A DNA stretch of 64,000 nucleotides from Iphione sp. A-MEVVRFRX5 (GCA_976226885.1 OZ320318.1:64542001-64606000); one strand, 5' to 3'. Positions 50,287 through 63,332 are shown, numbered from the stretch's first letter. Made by a program: numbers and translations. Notes: generated from the sequence alone by a model not told the origin.

Positions 50287-52077
50287 TACCCCTTTTACCT
50301 TCCTAGTCAGGCTGGCCTTGTATCATCTTTCATACAACACGGGCAAAGTATACCAATCTAAGTTGTATAATTGCTTCCCGTATGGTTCAGTAGGGGACTC
50401 TCTGAACAGATAGGAACCACCTTGGGGTCGTTCAGTCATGGCGGCCTTATTGGCAGAAACACAGCAGGGATTGACATTACCATACATTCACTGTCTTTTC
50501 AAACATTAACGCATCAGTTCTACTTGGAACCACAGACTGTATACTTGCTAATCAAAGACCCTGTAAATTTTCCTCAAAGAAATAACAGAGTTGCTGGTAC
50601 ATGAACATTGTACATGTATATTCTTTTACAGGGTATTCAGTATTGTATCGTCCGTTTCGCACGTTGTTCATTTCCCCCTTCAAGCACCTGCCGTTGGGCA
50701 TATGGAAGTCGGGAGCAGTAGGTGGTAAAGATGGAGAGGGAGGGGGGCTGGCTGGTCGGTTCCCACGGCTCCCATGCCTGTGGATCTCGTCCCTGCCCGG
50801 ACCGCCCACCCAGTGAGACAACGCACTTCATTAGCTAAAAGGCCCGCGTCCAATTTGTCACCAATCAGCAGGCGTTTTACTGATGGACGTCGGCCCCTAG
50901 CGTGTTGAGCGCCGTGGGACAGGGTCCCGGGTCTCAGAGGAGGGAGTAATGCCGACTGCCGGCACAGCGGGTCGCCCTAACGACCGTGCCGAGCAGCGAT
51001 AAAGCCCCCTGCCTGGGACGTACACGTCAGACATGTATGGGTCGTGACGTGACCGCGACGCACCTTCGTCTCGCCTCCCTAACAACTCTTTATCAGCCGC
51101 AAGTGATAGCTCGCTGCACAGTACATGAATACCACTGGTGAAATCCTAGCTCACTCCCACAAAGGCGCGATCGGAAGATTGGAGATGATAATCTGCAGTT
51201 AAGTCACTTTCTGCTGTATTTCTGTCTACTTTCCTGTTTCTTCTCACGTTTCCTCCACCTTCAGACACAGTAATATAAATAACGTCGGCTGTTCTCCTGT
51301 GTCATGCTTTTCGTTAGGAGTCTTTTCAAGTGTAGATCTCTATCAACACATATGTGGACTTTTGAAAGCATATGGCCCTCGGCCCTTCATGCCCACCCGA
51401 AGTAATAGGCCTCTAAGGCGGTGGCACTATATACAACCGAAAGAGAAAGACGCAGAATTTTCTTTTCTTGAAAGCACGTCTAGTTCGACCAGTTTAGGGC
51501 GATTCCCAGTCAAATACCCCACCCCCGTCGTCCACCGCGTTCAGTATACGAACATTTCCGCGTTCGGCTTACGCCTTGCCTTATCTGCCCGTGGGCCCCC
51601 ACCCAGCCAGGTCCCTGCCTGCCCAGCCCATCCCGCTGCCGTACAGGTGACCTTTCCGATGGTGGTCGCTGACGGCAGTCATTAGTTCAGACAAGGCTCA
51701 AACATCTGCTGATTAGAATAGGGCCTAACGCAGTTTGCTCTCCCGCTGTGGGCTGACAGCCTGACACGACTAGAATTTCGATATGACAGAATTGCCCCAA
51801 GGTCACTTACCCGCGTTTTTTTCCTGCTTCGCAATTGTGGCTTTGTGCTTTCTAATGTTGTGTCAGCCCGAAGGCTTCCGGCGAATCGAAATTCAACATA
51901 CTTCCCTTTGCATTGGCATGTCAGGCCCGTTATCCATGAGCACGTTTAACTTCCGACAGCTCCCAATATAAATCACTGCCCGGTTGGCGCCCGACCGAAT
52001 TTGTTCCAATTTGCAAGAATGTGCTTTAAAGGCGGCAGTATAAGTCCATTGTGGAATTCAAGGCAGCGTTGATAGGT

Positions 52078-52078
<1 letters not shown>

Positions 52079-52160
<82 letters not shown>
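52079..52160. repeat. (CT)41 microsatellite
   Basis: Perfect 82-bp run. Confidence 0.97.
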
Positions 52161-52163
<3 letters not shown>

Positions 52164-53427
52164 GTCACCTATATCACAAGTAACCCTAGAAGGCTGCACA
52201 CGTGAACAACCCGCCCTTGCTCTACTCAGGGTGCTACACTACTATCAGTAGTCGCTTATCTATCGCTCTCATGACCAAACACCTGAACTAATGAGAAAGC
52301 GGGAGACCCCTGCTACGTGCAAGGTCTCCACCCACCTCCAGCTTCCCGCAGGGTGCCACTATCTTCACCTGCGATTCTGGTGGGACTGAACCAGTTCCCC
52401 ACCTCCAGGGCCTGTTGGTAGCCGTTCCTAACCGGAACGGTTACCTTTGATATACATGTACACGTACATAGAACCGTAGCCTTGACGCGTGTAGTTTGCA
52501 ATACACCTGGCACTATACACATCGAGAGCCAACATTACTCAGATTCGGTTTGTTTGCCTGTCCGCCCGATGCTGGGAGAGAGTTAACCTGAAACGACTGG
52601 TTAATGGGTTTAGACAAGGCCAGCGTGAGGTTTCGAGCGTGGGGTAAAAGGGTTTCGCCAAGCATGTTGAGAATGTCGATGTGGTTATCTGAGCAATTTG
52701 CTCAAGTTGAGCGGTGCCCTATATCTGGGCGGGAGAGGTTTGTTTTTGAAGGATGTGTGAACACCGTAGCGTAGGCAATACATGTACTAGGAAAACCAAG
52801 AATGTCTGGGGTCTATACTGGGTACCATCTTCCCCAAATCGAGGCAGACAGTACATTAGCGATGAAAACAATATGATTGTGCTGAAAGGGGTCTTATTTA
52901 TGAGGTGTTACAGACACAACCGTCAGACTTCATCACTACGACACTGCTATTTTTGTTGGAACATAATTTTGTGCTGATTCGGTGTAGTTGTGTTGTTTTT
53001 TTGTTTTTTTTCTTTTTTGCTGCGTGATATTATCTCGGAGGAGTCGTGGTTGTAATTTTTCCCCTCCTCTATTAATGGCTTTGTTCCTGAAACTACATGT
53101 ACTTGTCGTGAACATCCAGATCACTTCTGTCAAATGGTTGAGAGGCCGGGGCTATTTATCCAGGAGGATTACATTTCCGCACACCTCCAGGGCCACGTGG
53201 TCCAAACACGTTCAGCTAATCCCCCCACCCCGACCCCCAAAACCCGACAGCGCTTCAGCGCAACTCAATCTACCCCGCACCCCAGAATCCCCTCGTGCTG
53301 GGCGTCTGCATTAATCCCCGTAACACCGGGCGCCCAGACCCCAGTCTCGTTGATGATCCAACCTTACACGCCGCACTTACAACAAGGATAATATCACCAG
53401 CAGGCAGCCGGGCGATTGTTCTTGGTC

Positions 53428-53455
53428 GTTACCCGGCAACGGTTGCCAAGGCGAC
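53428..53455. promoter_or_regulatory. Back-to-back X-box motifs
   Basis: GTTACCCGGCAAC (53428-53440) is an exact match to GTNRCC-N-RGYAAC. GTTGCCAAGGCGAC (53442-53455, one mismatch) follows after 1 bp. Confidence 0.4.
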
Positions 53456-53897
53456 GCTTACCGTTCTGGCACTGGGATGAGAGGCTTGTGAAGGATGCTT
53501 GCGGTGGAGAGGGTCGAGTGGGTCCTGTATAATGGGCGATGTTGGAGGAGGAGGAGGACGAGGCAGGGAGGGGGTATGCCCTGGTGTGTAAGGGAGAGTG
53601 GGGGGGGGGCACACTTGTTATGATCTATTTGGGATGAGGAGAAGGATTTGTGGCTGTGTGCACAGCGTAGGGTGTTGAGGTTGATGGAGAGTTCTTAGTA
53701 TGTAGGAAGCTCTAGACAGCGCGACGAGGGGCCTCTTCAATCAGCCGAGAGCGGCCTCAAGTGGAGGGTGATGACAGGCTGCCATATGCACGACCGGCCC
53801 TCATGACAGCAGCCCTTTGTGGCGTGACATTGCACCACAGCAACAAGATGGTTGCAGGAGTGACATGGAGCGGCTGTCGCTCGTCGACACGAGCCTC

Positions 53898-53915
53898 GCC
53901 GCCGCCGCCGCCGCC
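53898..53915. repeat. (GCC)6 microsatellite
   Basis: Perfect run seen directly. Confidence 0.85.
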
Positions 53916-54002
53916 GTTACCTTGCTACCAATAACAAGGCCTTCGCTTACGCTGTAGCCCCAGTAGCTCAAACAGGCCCGCGGCAAATCCAGTGCCACAT
54001 TA

Positions 54003-54323
54003 GGCTGGGTATCCATGTACGCGTTGGCGTGACCATGTATATGAGAGCGTGTCAGCGCATATTTTTGCTAATCCGATAATCACTGTGTACGCACGGTGGT
54101 TTGTGTATTCGTGTTTTCACGTTTATATGCCTGTTACAATGAATGTTCCCAAAATACACATGCCAAACATACACTGTGAAGCATGGAAAATGGGACGTTC
54201 CATTTTGAAAATATGGACATGCATGCATGGGTACACTCCTCCTGTAAAGTATTGTTTCCCAAAAAAAACGTTCACAAACACACACACATGGACACTGCGA
54301 CACACGTACATGGGAACTTAGCC
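54003..54323. mobile_element. PIF/Harbinger-like (Tourist-type) MITE (E3, 321 bp)
   Basis: 22-bp TIRs, 17/22 identical. Perfect TTA target-site duplication at 54000-54002 and 54324-54326. Its left TIR is 20/22 identical to the E2 right TIR, and its right ~110 bp are colinear in reverse with the E2 left end. Confidence 0.8.
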
Positions 54324-55137
54324 TTACTTCATACTGGCAGGTGTGGTGAGGTATGCGACGAGGTTAACTGTCCAACATCTGGTATGACATGCACGTCGGG
54401 AGCTATCAGTAACACGTGGAACCGTCCTAATAACAATAACAGTATATGCGGTGAAGTGTACATAGACAGAGGACTACGTGGGTAGAATGAAAGCTTTACA
54501 TCAAACGGAATGGTTGTTTGCTTATCAATCCCAGTTACTGTTGTTACGTGACGATCCACATACACGTATACGTCTGGCTACATGTACGCATAGACAGGGT
54601 GGTTAGTTCAGGCCTCTTGGTTGCACAGCTCGAGGGTTGAGAGCTTTTACCTCCATATTTGATAAACCCATGCTCACTTTCCAGGGCCTTTAACAGTGTC
54701 CATTGAATATATCATACAGTGGTATCTCCTTGAGAAAATTCTTGATGACAAAATGACTTCCTTATGGAATTCCAAAATTTCAAAGCAGTTTGATGTACAC
54801 ACGGGGAATGTTTATCCCAGGCGTGTTCACACATAATTGCATGTGTAACTTGTAGTAAGATGTGGTGCGGTTAGCAGGGTTAGTATAAGATTTGCATGTA
54901 TGTGAAAGGAATGGTGCCATCAGTCTCGGAGGGTAAGTTCAAGATAAGGGTTGTAAGTTGGTGGTAATGCATTATATTGAGGTATATTAAAGTATTAAAA
55001 ACCATTGGCTAAATTTCCAGACCAGCCTGGCAACCTTGTTATAATATATCATACATGATTAATGGGTGTACGGGTAGTGATTTTCTTTATACTGCATTAA
55101 GACAACATGGTTCTTCCTAATATTCCATCACCACATG

Positions 55138-55445
55138 AGCAGGATTCACATGTATCCTATATGTTTTCACAGTGCATTGTGCATAAAGCCCCCCCCCCCA
55201 TAGAGGTGTGTGATGATGCAATTCTAGATGGTCAGACACGTCTTCCCACAATGTTTTCCCGTGGAGAATTGTATCAGTTTGCATGATAACCTGTCCTGGA
55301 GAGATACGGGGAAATGCAAAAGGATGCGTTAAGCTATCTCGGATATGCAAACGGAAACATATGAATGCTGAAAAATATACTACATGTATATGTTTCCCCC
55401 CCTCGCATCCATAAGTGATGCAAACGTATACGTGTCAAACCCGCC
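55138..55445. mobile_element. Possible older, degraded member of the same family (E4, 308 bp)
   Basis: Ends AGCAGGATTCACATGTATCC and (reverse complement) GGCGGGTTTGACACGTATAC match at 14/20 and resemble the E2/E3 TIR. TTTTCACAGTGCAT (55164-55177) is identical to the E1 subterminal sequence. Flanks ATG / ATA. Confidence 0.4.
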
Positions 55446-57494
55446 ATAAACCGAGGACCATTGTGCAGTGGGCTTTCCTGAAAACGTAGCGTTTGTTCAG
55501 TGATGGGGCCTTGTTTCAAGATCTTGCTGCAGCTAATAGAGAAACAGCTGGTAGCTTGGGGTTGTGTACAAGGGGCGCGGTGGGGGTATTTTTAGGACGA
55601 GCTAAACGTCGCCGACTCAAGTTCACCTTTGACACCTTCGACCAATTCCGGCACATTCCGCTATCTGTCGGCACATCCGTCGCATTCCGAACAACCGGTA
55701 GGGCTCCACGGCGGCTGGCAAAAAGTCAATGTGAAGGTCTTCGAGGGCGAAGCAGAGCTTAGATAGAGACAAGTCGGGAAATAGCCGAGCAAGCTGAGGT
55801 GACAGGCTTAGCGCAACATGATTACAGTGTTGACGGGCCGAAGGAAAACAGTTGTGTTATTTGTTGAAAGCTGATACGGCGAGCTACTAGGGGACAGGGG
55901 GTGGGGGTGGGGATGCGTGTCGGGAGGAGGAGGAAGAGGAACAATTTTTCCCCTTTACATTCTACTCAGTTTTTTCACGCGCAAAAGAAGACGCTTTTGT
56001 AGGTTGTGAAATAGTGTAGAGGACAGTAATTGGACGTCTTCCGTGTTGAAACGAGACTGGATGTAAGATACGACCAGTGGCGCTTGTGCTGTTCTAATTT
56101 CATTTGTTTTTTATCGGCTATTACCACTATAATAGCGTTACAATAAATGATGTCATACACACACCATGTATATGTACAGTATATATGTACATATGTGGTA
56201 TTTTGTCCTACCCAATACTCAGTCAAGTGTTGTGTTTATGTAGAGAGGACTGCTTATAGAAAGATAGGGGTAGGGGGGGGGCATATAGAGCCCCTCAGAG
56301 AGGACAGCATCCGCCACCCCCCGGCCCCCTACCCCAACCATATACACACCTGATCCCCATGAGGGGAAACGGGACCGCCCACCTAAAATACTCCCTAGGG
56401 GGAGTTGGCGTCGCAACCGGAAACGGGAGCCGACCAACGGCGCCCCGGCTGGCTGGAGGCGGGCGCGCGGGATATGGGTCAAGATAGCCGGGCTGTGGCT
56501 ATTAGTAATATTTACAGGCGCTGGTAAATATTTTTTGACGGGCTATCACGGTATAGGGTAACAGGTGTGTGTGGTCCGCGACAGCGTTGTAACACCTAGG
56601 AGCGTGGAAAGCTCTGCCCCGACTGGGGCAGGGCCTCTACCAGCCGCCCAACAGGCCAACACGGCGTCTCCAAGCTCCGTGCTGCTATCACCCAAGCTGC
56701 CAGTGTTGGTGCCCCACTAGCGCCCCCTGTGGAGTAGTATCTCCGTATCCCGGGAGGTGGCGGCCTCTCACCTCGCAGATTAGTGACTGGTTTCACTCAA
56801 GATTGAGATAAATAAATATCTTTGCCCGACAAGAGAAGTCGATAACGGAAACCGGAGAGTGCTGTATCTAGTGGGCCTATCCGATAAGTCTGTAAAGCCC
56901 CAGAGGCATACATGCTATCGCGTCGAATTAGGCTGAGCGATAAAGGGGGCAGCACTCCCAGGCATTATCGCCTACCGTGAGTAGAGGATATATAAAGCAA
57001 GCCAAACCCAAATTCTGATGTAGAAGTCTCACCTGCAGGCCAGAGAGCGTATTAACATGCGATTTTCGGTTTGTGGCGCGTGTGTCAATATTTCATAAGC
57101 ATGGTAGTCACCTCTGCTCTATATCATCAAGTCGGTGATCAACGAATGGCGAGGAAGTTGGCATATAGGTTGTCCAATATGTCTGGCCTCTGAATTGACC
57201 CACGGAGATTGCTCGAAATGCTTTTTCGTGCGGTATGATTATGATGTACAGCTAACTCACTAGAACATGCTATTTTCAATAGTTTCACAGGTACTTTTTA
57301 TTAAGATTCAGACACGCCCTTCATTCAGTATAGGTATAATTGCATGGACACAATGTACAATACATGTCTGTTCAGATTTGTGCTCATATTAATTGCTAAT
57401 GTGCATTACTTTTCTGGTTCGTCTTATTTTTGACAATGTGTTTACATATAAATTGGTATCTTGAATGAATTTGCGTATACATATTTTATATAAC

Positions 57495-57605
57495 TGTACA
57501 TATGTGTAAATCTTGTATATATTTGCTGTACATTGTCTTCATACAAGTGAAATGAATGTAAACTGTTTCAGAATGGCACCATTTTGGATTGTCAGTATAA
57601 ATAAA
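57495..57605 (+). terminator. 3'-UTR / polyadenylation-like end
   Basis: AT-rich block with perfect Pumilio elements TGTACATA (57495-57502) and TGTATATA (57514-57521), further TGTA motifs (57505, 57527), and AATAAA at 57600-57605. Confidence 0.3.
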
Positions 57606-59230
57606 TGTTCCAAAAAATTGTATACATGTGCCCAACTAGAAGACATGCAACATGTCGAACGTTGGGGAGGATAGAGGGGACAGGAATTGGATAGGATATA
57701 AACTTCACCCAGACTTGAGGCATTCAGACGCGCTAGACCTTGTAGGCTAGCTACATGTACAAGAGTGGAGAACTTGGCCAGACTCGTCGACCTGATGGCA
57801 TGTACTCAGGCTGGATGGACGTGATATGTGAAGTGGCCTTTACTCTGCCCAGTTGACCCCCATTCGAACCCGCCCCTTGGCGGAGCTTCGTGGTATCAGT
57901 AAACGGGAGCCTCGCCAGGACGGGCCTCATAATAAGGGTCCGATAGGAGGCGCCACCCCTCCTCGAAGAGGCTTATTAGAAACGGCCTTACGTCAGACCT
58001 GCGACGACTGTTTACCTGAGTGATTACTCCGACGAGATTACAACAAGTTACAAGGGCCGCTCAACGGCGGCAGCAACAGCATCACAGGCGCATCGCCCTG
58101 ATAGGATTGCCGCTGGAAGATTAGTCCGTCCTCACGTCTTCGGGAGAAAGGGGGGGGGGGCGGCATTTTCGTGAGGATGAGGGCTTGGGCCGAGTCCGTA
58201 GGTAGGGCTCGCCGTGCAGCCGGGACAATCCCATCCCTTAAATTTCACCACTTATCCCAATAAACCTGCTGTGTTGGAGAGGAATGCCGCCAAAGAACTT
58301 CGCTTTGAGAGGCGTGAGAGGCCGCGTAAACGGAGAGAGCAGGAACGGCATGCACGGAAGATTAGCGTGAGAGATTAGGTCGAGACAACCAGATTAAGCT
58401 ATCATCGTAATGTGTTGATCCTCTGAGGAACAGTTGTCAATCAGGTGATGAGCGATAAGCGGTGCTCTTGGCCTATAAATTATCATTGTATCCAAGCGAC
58501 GACACGGCGCCTCGAGCTAGTCAATCCGAAGCATTACTGGAGTAATACTCCCTGTATGAGTTGCTCATGCAGTCGTCATCCAGCAGTCCACGGTTTTTGG
58601 ACCAACATCCTACAGCTCATAATTCAGGGGGTTGCAGTCAGATTTATACACCTCTATTCTGCCGTCTTCACCAGTGGAAGCCTGCCTGTGTGAATAGAGG
58701 GAGCTTTGCTGGCGTTCGTTTGTTCTTTGTTACGGACTCCCACCAGGTAAAAGCACCCCTGATGTATGGTTGTTGACTGGCGCTCGAACTTTGACCTCCG
58801 TGGCCGCTCAAGTCATTTGTCAGTATTCAAGAGCCACATTCCTCCGGAGACAAGGAGAGAGCGTTGTGTAGCTCCTATCTGAGGTGTGTTTATCTAGACC
58901 GATAAATGGGGCTTACACGGCCTCTTGTCCCTCACCTGCTACCGTTGTACAAGATAACGCCTAACAATGGGAAGTGGCGAGCCGCCGTCTTGCTGGCCAG
59001 TATGTTCGTGAATTCGACCCTGATCCTGAGCACGTCTCTTAGCCTAAGCCAATACGTAGGTGTAGGTCAAGGCCCCTAGAGAATGATGAGAGACAAACCT
59101 GGGTACTTGTATTTAAGGCAAGACATTGATAGTTTAATGGGAAAGTGATATTGCTATGTTGAATGTTTTCGTTTACAAAACAAGTTTTGTTTAAACTTTT
59201 CTAATTTTGAAGTTTTTTCCCCCGTTATTT

Positions 59231-59372
59231 NNNNNNNNNNNNNNNNNNNNNNNNNNNNNNNNNNNNNNNNNNNNNNNNNNNNNNNNNNNNNNNNNNNNNN
59301 NNNNNNNNNNNNNNNNNNNNNNNNNNNNNNNNNNNNNNNNNNNNNNNNNNNNNNNNNNNNNNNNNNNNNNNN
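59231..59372. other. Sequence gap (142 N)
   Basis: Run of n characters. ORF 59207..59434 across it is an artefact. Confidence 0.99.
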
Positions 59373-62300
59373 TCAGTAATATGTTGTCTGATTCCCCGAA
59401 AGCAACAGAAAATAGATGCTTATGTCAAACTTGAAGGCACAAGAAAAATAGCACCTATCTCGCCATATCGGCCCATTCGATACCTGCAGAAGCACACTTG
59501 ACAGCTAATTGTGTCAAGAAATTGACGGAACTGTGAGGTCAATGTACGACTCCTTCACGGCACACAATAAGGTGTTAGTTCGATCACCACTTGAACCTTA
59601 TCAACATCTAGGTCTTTTTCCTATATTTATTTTCACATTTCGACAGGATGCAGCACCACAGACACACACATGCACAGACACACCAACGCCCCTCCCCCTA
59701 ATCTACCCTGTGTGTGTGGCTGTGTGTGTCTGTGGGTGGCCGTGTATTTTTCTGTACGAGGCTACACGGAGGTTACAGTGAAGCAGACCCTCCACCCACT
59801 TGACTTTGATCGAGTATTCGCTACTCGAATGCTTATAGTTGTCCTATCAAAGTTCCCTGCCACCCACTCCTTATCTAGAGAGGCGCTGGGACATCGTCCT
59901 CGACCGCATGAGCACCTTCCTCGTCGCGCATGCGCTGATATGAGCGTTATCTAGGACGTTAACGACGTTCCGGTGATTCAGCTCTTCTTATGTTGCATGT
60001 AGTCTGAGAAAACTCGGTATTTCTCTTTTTGTGTGTGTGTAATTTCTCCCTCCATGAAAAACGAAATTGCTTCTGGCGTTGATATCATTATAATTATAGT
60101 ATGTGTACATGTCTGTATAACATGTTTGTGTCAATACATTGCAGAAGTTATTTGCGTGCTCTGCGAGTTGCATTCTAAATCTTTTTAGCTTTTATTTTCG
60201 GTGATATCAGTAGAAGTAAGTTCACGTAGAAATCAGCTTCTTTAGTCTTGTGCGCTGTAGATTGTATTTTAGGTTAGCATGTGACGCACAGACGCTTATT
60301 CGGAACGGCATAAGAAAATTACAGGAGAACCGAGTGAAGAAAAATGGGATGGGGAGGCAGAGGCGAATGCAGTTATTCGTGAGAAGAACTGGGAATGCAT
60401 AAAAACACAAGAAGAAGAGGCAAAGAGCGACGTAGCTTGAGTATAAGAAGTGTTTGCGTCTGTAAGTACAGGCAGTGTTATTTTCATGCATCGCCAAACT
60501 ACGCTGCCCAGTCAGACCGTGTGTTATCAGACGACGTCATCCGGACCGAAGCAAGGGCAAGGATAGGGGGAGTAGCCTGTGCGCACAGGTGAAAGTTGAC
60601 AGATAGAGTGGAAGGTACGCACGAAGATGGACGTAGTACATGTATAGTAGAATATTTAGTATAAGAAGACAACGGGCCTACTTGCTTCACCACTAAGCCT
60701 CTCTTTCTCTACCCCGGTGGTCCTCGTTAAGGTCAGTTCAAGCTTTGCTAACCGTCTGATAAGATAGGGGGTGAACGTCCTAAAGTATCGTAATGGCGCT
60801 AGCTGCCGTCTGTCGGTATTGTGGCTCGCGTTTCTCTGTGATATACAATGGGAGGAGGTTTTGAAGGAAAAGACGATTGGATCGCTTTCTCAGACCGCCG
60901 TCTCTGGTAAACTGTATCATGTTACTCCCGTCGGCCCTATGAAGAGAAATGTGATCGTTACTGAGTCGATGTGCGCAGATCTGGGAAGTGTAGTCTTGAA
61001 TTCACTGTAGCATTCGTTGAAGGATGGCTAAAGTGAAAACCCATTAGTACTAAAGTCTCTCATGAATAAGATGAATGAGGGGAGATTCAAACTCTTACAT
61101 GTACACTTGGATCGGATACAACCAAATGCCATATTGCAGGCGGTAGTGCATGCCGATACGATCACGGTAAGGACAGTTTCAGTAGTACTAAATAGCAGTT
61201 AATGTAATTTATCATCGCAATATTTCAACAATTACGTTTCTAACAGTTTCAGCAAAGAACCAACAACAGTCCACATTGTGACACTGTAATACATTTCCTT
61301 TCTCTGTCTCTAGAGTTAAATATTACGTGGCGTTTCTCCATATAGACTCTTGCTATTGGCTCATTTTTGTATCATCTGAAATGATTTAAAGATTAATGTG
61401 TCTTAATATACGGCTGTGCACACAGACAGAGACCCACACAGAGTCAGTTTGTAGATTTGTAGATTCAGTTTGTAGGCATGAAGCTTTGTCATTGTCTGCT
61501 CACCTAGGTGGAACTAGCTAGTTCCACTTGATGGAATGGCTGATGAGGGACAGAGGACTTCATATGTTCCCTTCCTTGTTATCCTGGTTATTATCGCGAT
61601 CCTTCTTCCTGGTAGACTAAAGGAAATTGTCTCATGGTTTGCTAATGTGCTGCCGCTGACATCTGCGGTAGACGAGTGTCAGAACAGCATGATGGCCTAC
61701 TCAGTCGAAATGACATAACAAATGGGCGGCCGGAATATCCAAGAGTATGGATTTCCTCGGCTGACTGTGGGAAACGGCTGTTTTACCCAGTAGTACGTCC
61801 GTGCACCGGCTGACACCAGGATCCAGTGTGCTCAAGGACGCGGGGGCCGGCGACCACCGACTGGAAATCTGTTTTGGATTGGCAAGAACAACACAGAAGT
61901 AATAAATTCACACGACGCATGCCGACTGCTGCTCTTGCTGCCTTTTTTTAACGGCGAGGCTAATGGCGCCGCTTGTGGGAGACTTGGGCGTATTGGTGGC
62001 ACGGAGGAGGAGGAGAAGGAGGAGGAGGAGGAAGGGCTGGCATGTGGTGGCATTGTGGCCCCACTGAACATGAAGAGTCGAACTGAAGGGGTCTGCTCGA
62101 TAGCCAGGCGCTGTTCACGCCGTACTCAGCAGCGTCTAAAAGCGACGACGGGTCGAGTGCGAAGCGCCGGGCCGAGGCTGAGGTGCGGTGCTGTCTTGCC
62201 ATCTTGGCAGAGTCGTCAGAACAAATGAGGCCCTGCCAAAGCAAACAGCTGGCCCTGCTCTGTCGAGAATCCGTCTACTCCCACGTGAGAAGGCGCCGTA

Positions 62301-63056
62301 CCCGAGCCTAAACCACTTGCCCGCCGACTTTTAACGCCAAAACAATATTCGCCACGTGGAGGGAATCATCAGCGATCACTGAAAACAAATTGAAGAGAAA
62401 ATTTCGAGTGCGCTCCTGCCATCCTGTTGAGAAATCACCCCGTAAAACACGGTAGACGCTCTCGTAGGGGTTTCTCCCTCCTGCTTCCTCTAACTGGAGG
62501 GAAAAACCGGGGAACTTGTACCACGGGAGAGGGATGAGTGCCAGCCAGTTCGCCGAGGTGATGGTTCTGATCCTCCAGAGGGCAAAGGGAGGAAAACAAG
62601 GGTGGGCCTGGGGGGTGTGAGACAAAACAAGCAGAACAGTGCTGCCACTGGTGGCGGCGTATTTGTTGGCAGTCGGGTCGAGGGTCCGACATGTGGCTCC
62701 AATACAGCGAGATGCGAGTTTACCTTCTCGGTTGGCAGCTGGCAAAATGGACATGTCGATTAGAAACACGTGCCGATCGAACCCGCGCCGTTATACACTG
62801 TGGTGCCTTCCCGAGATTGGAAGCGGGTCTATATAGGTCTCAGCCCCTAGGTGTATTACTGCCGCAGTTATCGGCACACTTCACTGCTTGTGCCTCTCTA
62901 TCCATCACCTGTCCTGAAGAATTATTTCGCCCGTGATTGAAGACTTGCCGCTGTTTCGATTTTATTTGCCTCGGAGCGTGTTGTGGGGAATGATGCATAG
63001 CAGAGTCTGTGCTACTTTTTCATGAAACTCTTCTTAAATACTGGTACATGTACTTT

Positions 63057-63060
<4 letters not shown>

Positions 63061-63148
<88 letters not shown>
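63061..63148. repeat. (CT)44 microsatellite
   Basis: Perfect 88-bp run. Produces the ER-repeat ORF 63012..63197(-). Confidence 0.97.
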
Positions 63149-63151
<3 letters not shown>

Positions 63152-63332
63152 CACTAATTAATTCGAGATAAACGTGATGTTTCAAATTGATTTGCATTTC
63201 AAACTAGTCACCCTCGGACTATGAAGGTCTATCCTATGGCCGGATATCGTGGCATGCTCATAGGTCCAGTGAACACACGCTGAAGGGCATGTATGTTAAC
63301 TATAGCGAGCTTCTGCCCTTAGATTTTAACTA

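Noticed and set aside
57890-57900. TGGTATCAG, resembling a tRNA-Met primer-binding site
   Set aside because: Only 9 nt match; no upstream LTR ending in CA and no downstream gag.
59207-59434. ORF spanning the N run
   Set aside because: Artefact of translating N as X.
62308-62769. 153-aa ORF (-), and a plus-strand ADF/NAK resembling the GDFNA motif of non-LTR endonucleases
   Set aside because: The minus ORF has no recognisable domain. The plus-strand motif needs a frameshift (gac ttt taa is a stop) and has no other endonuclease motifs nearby.
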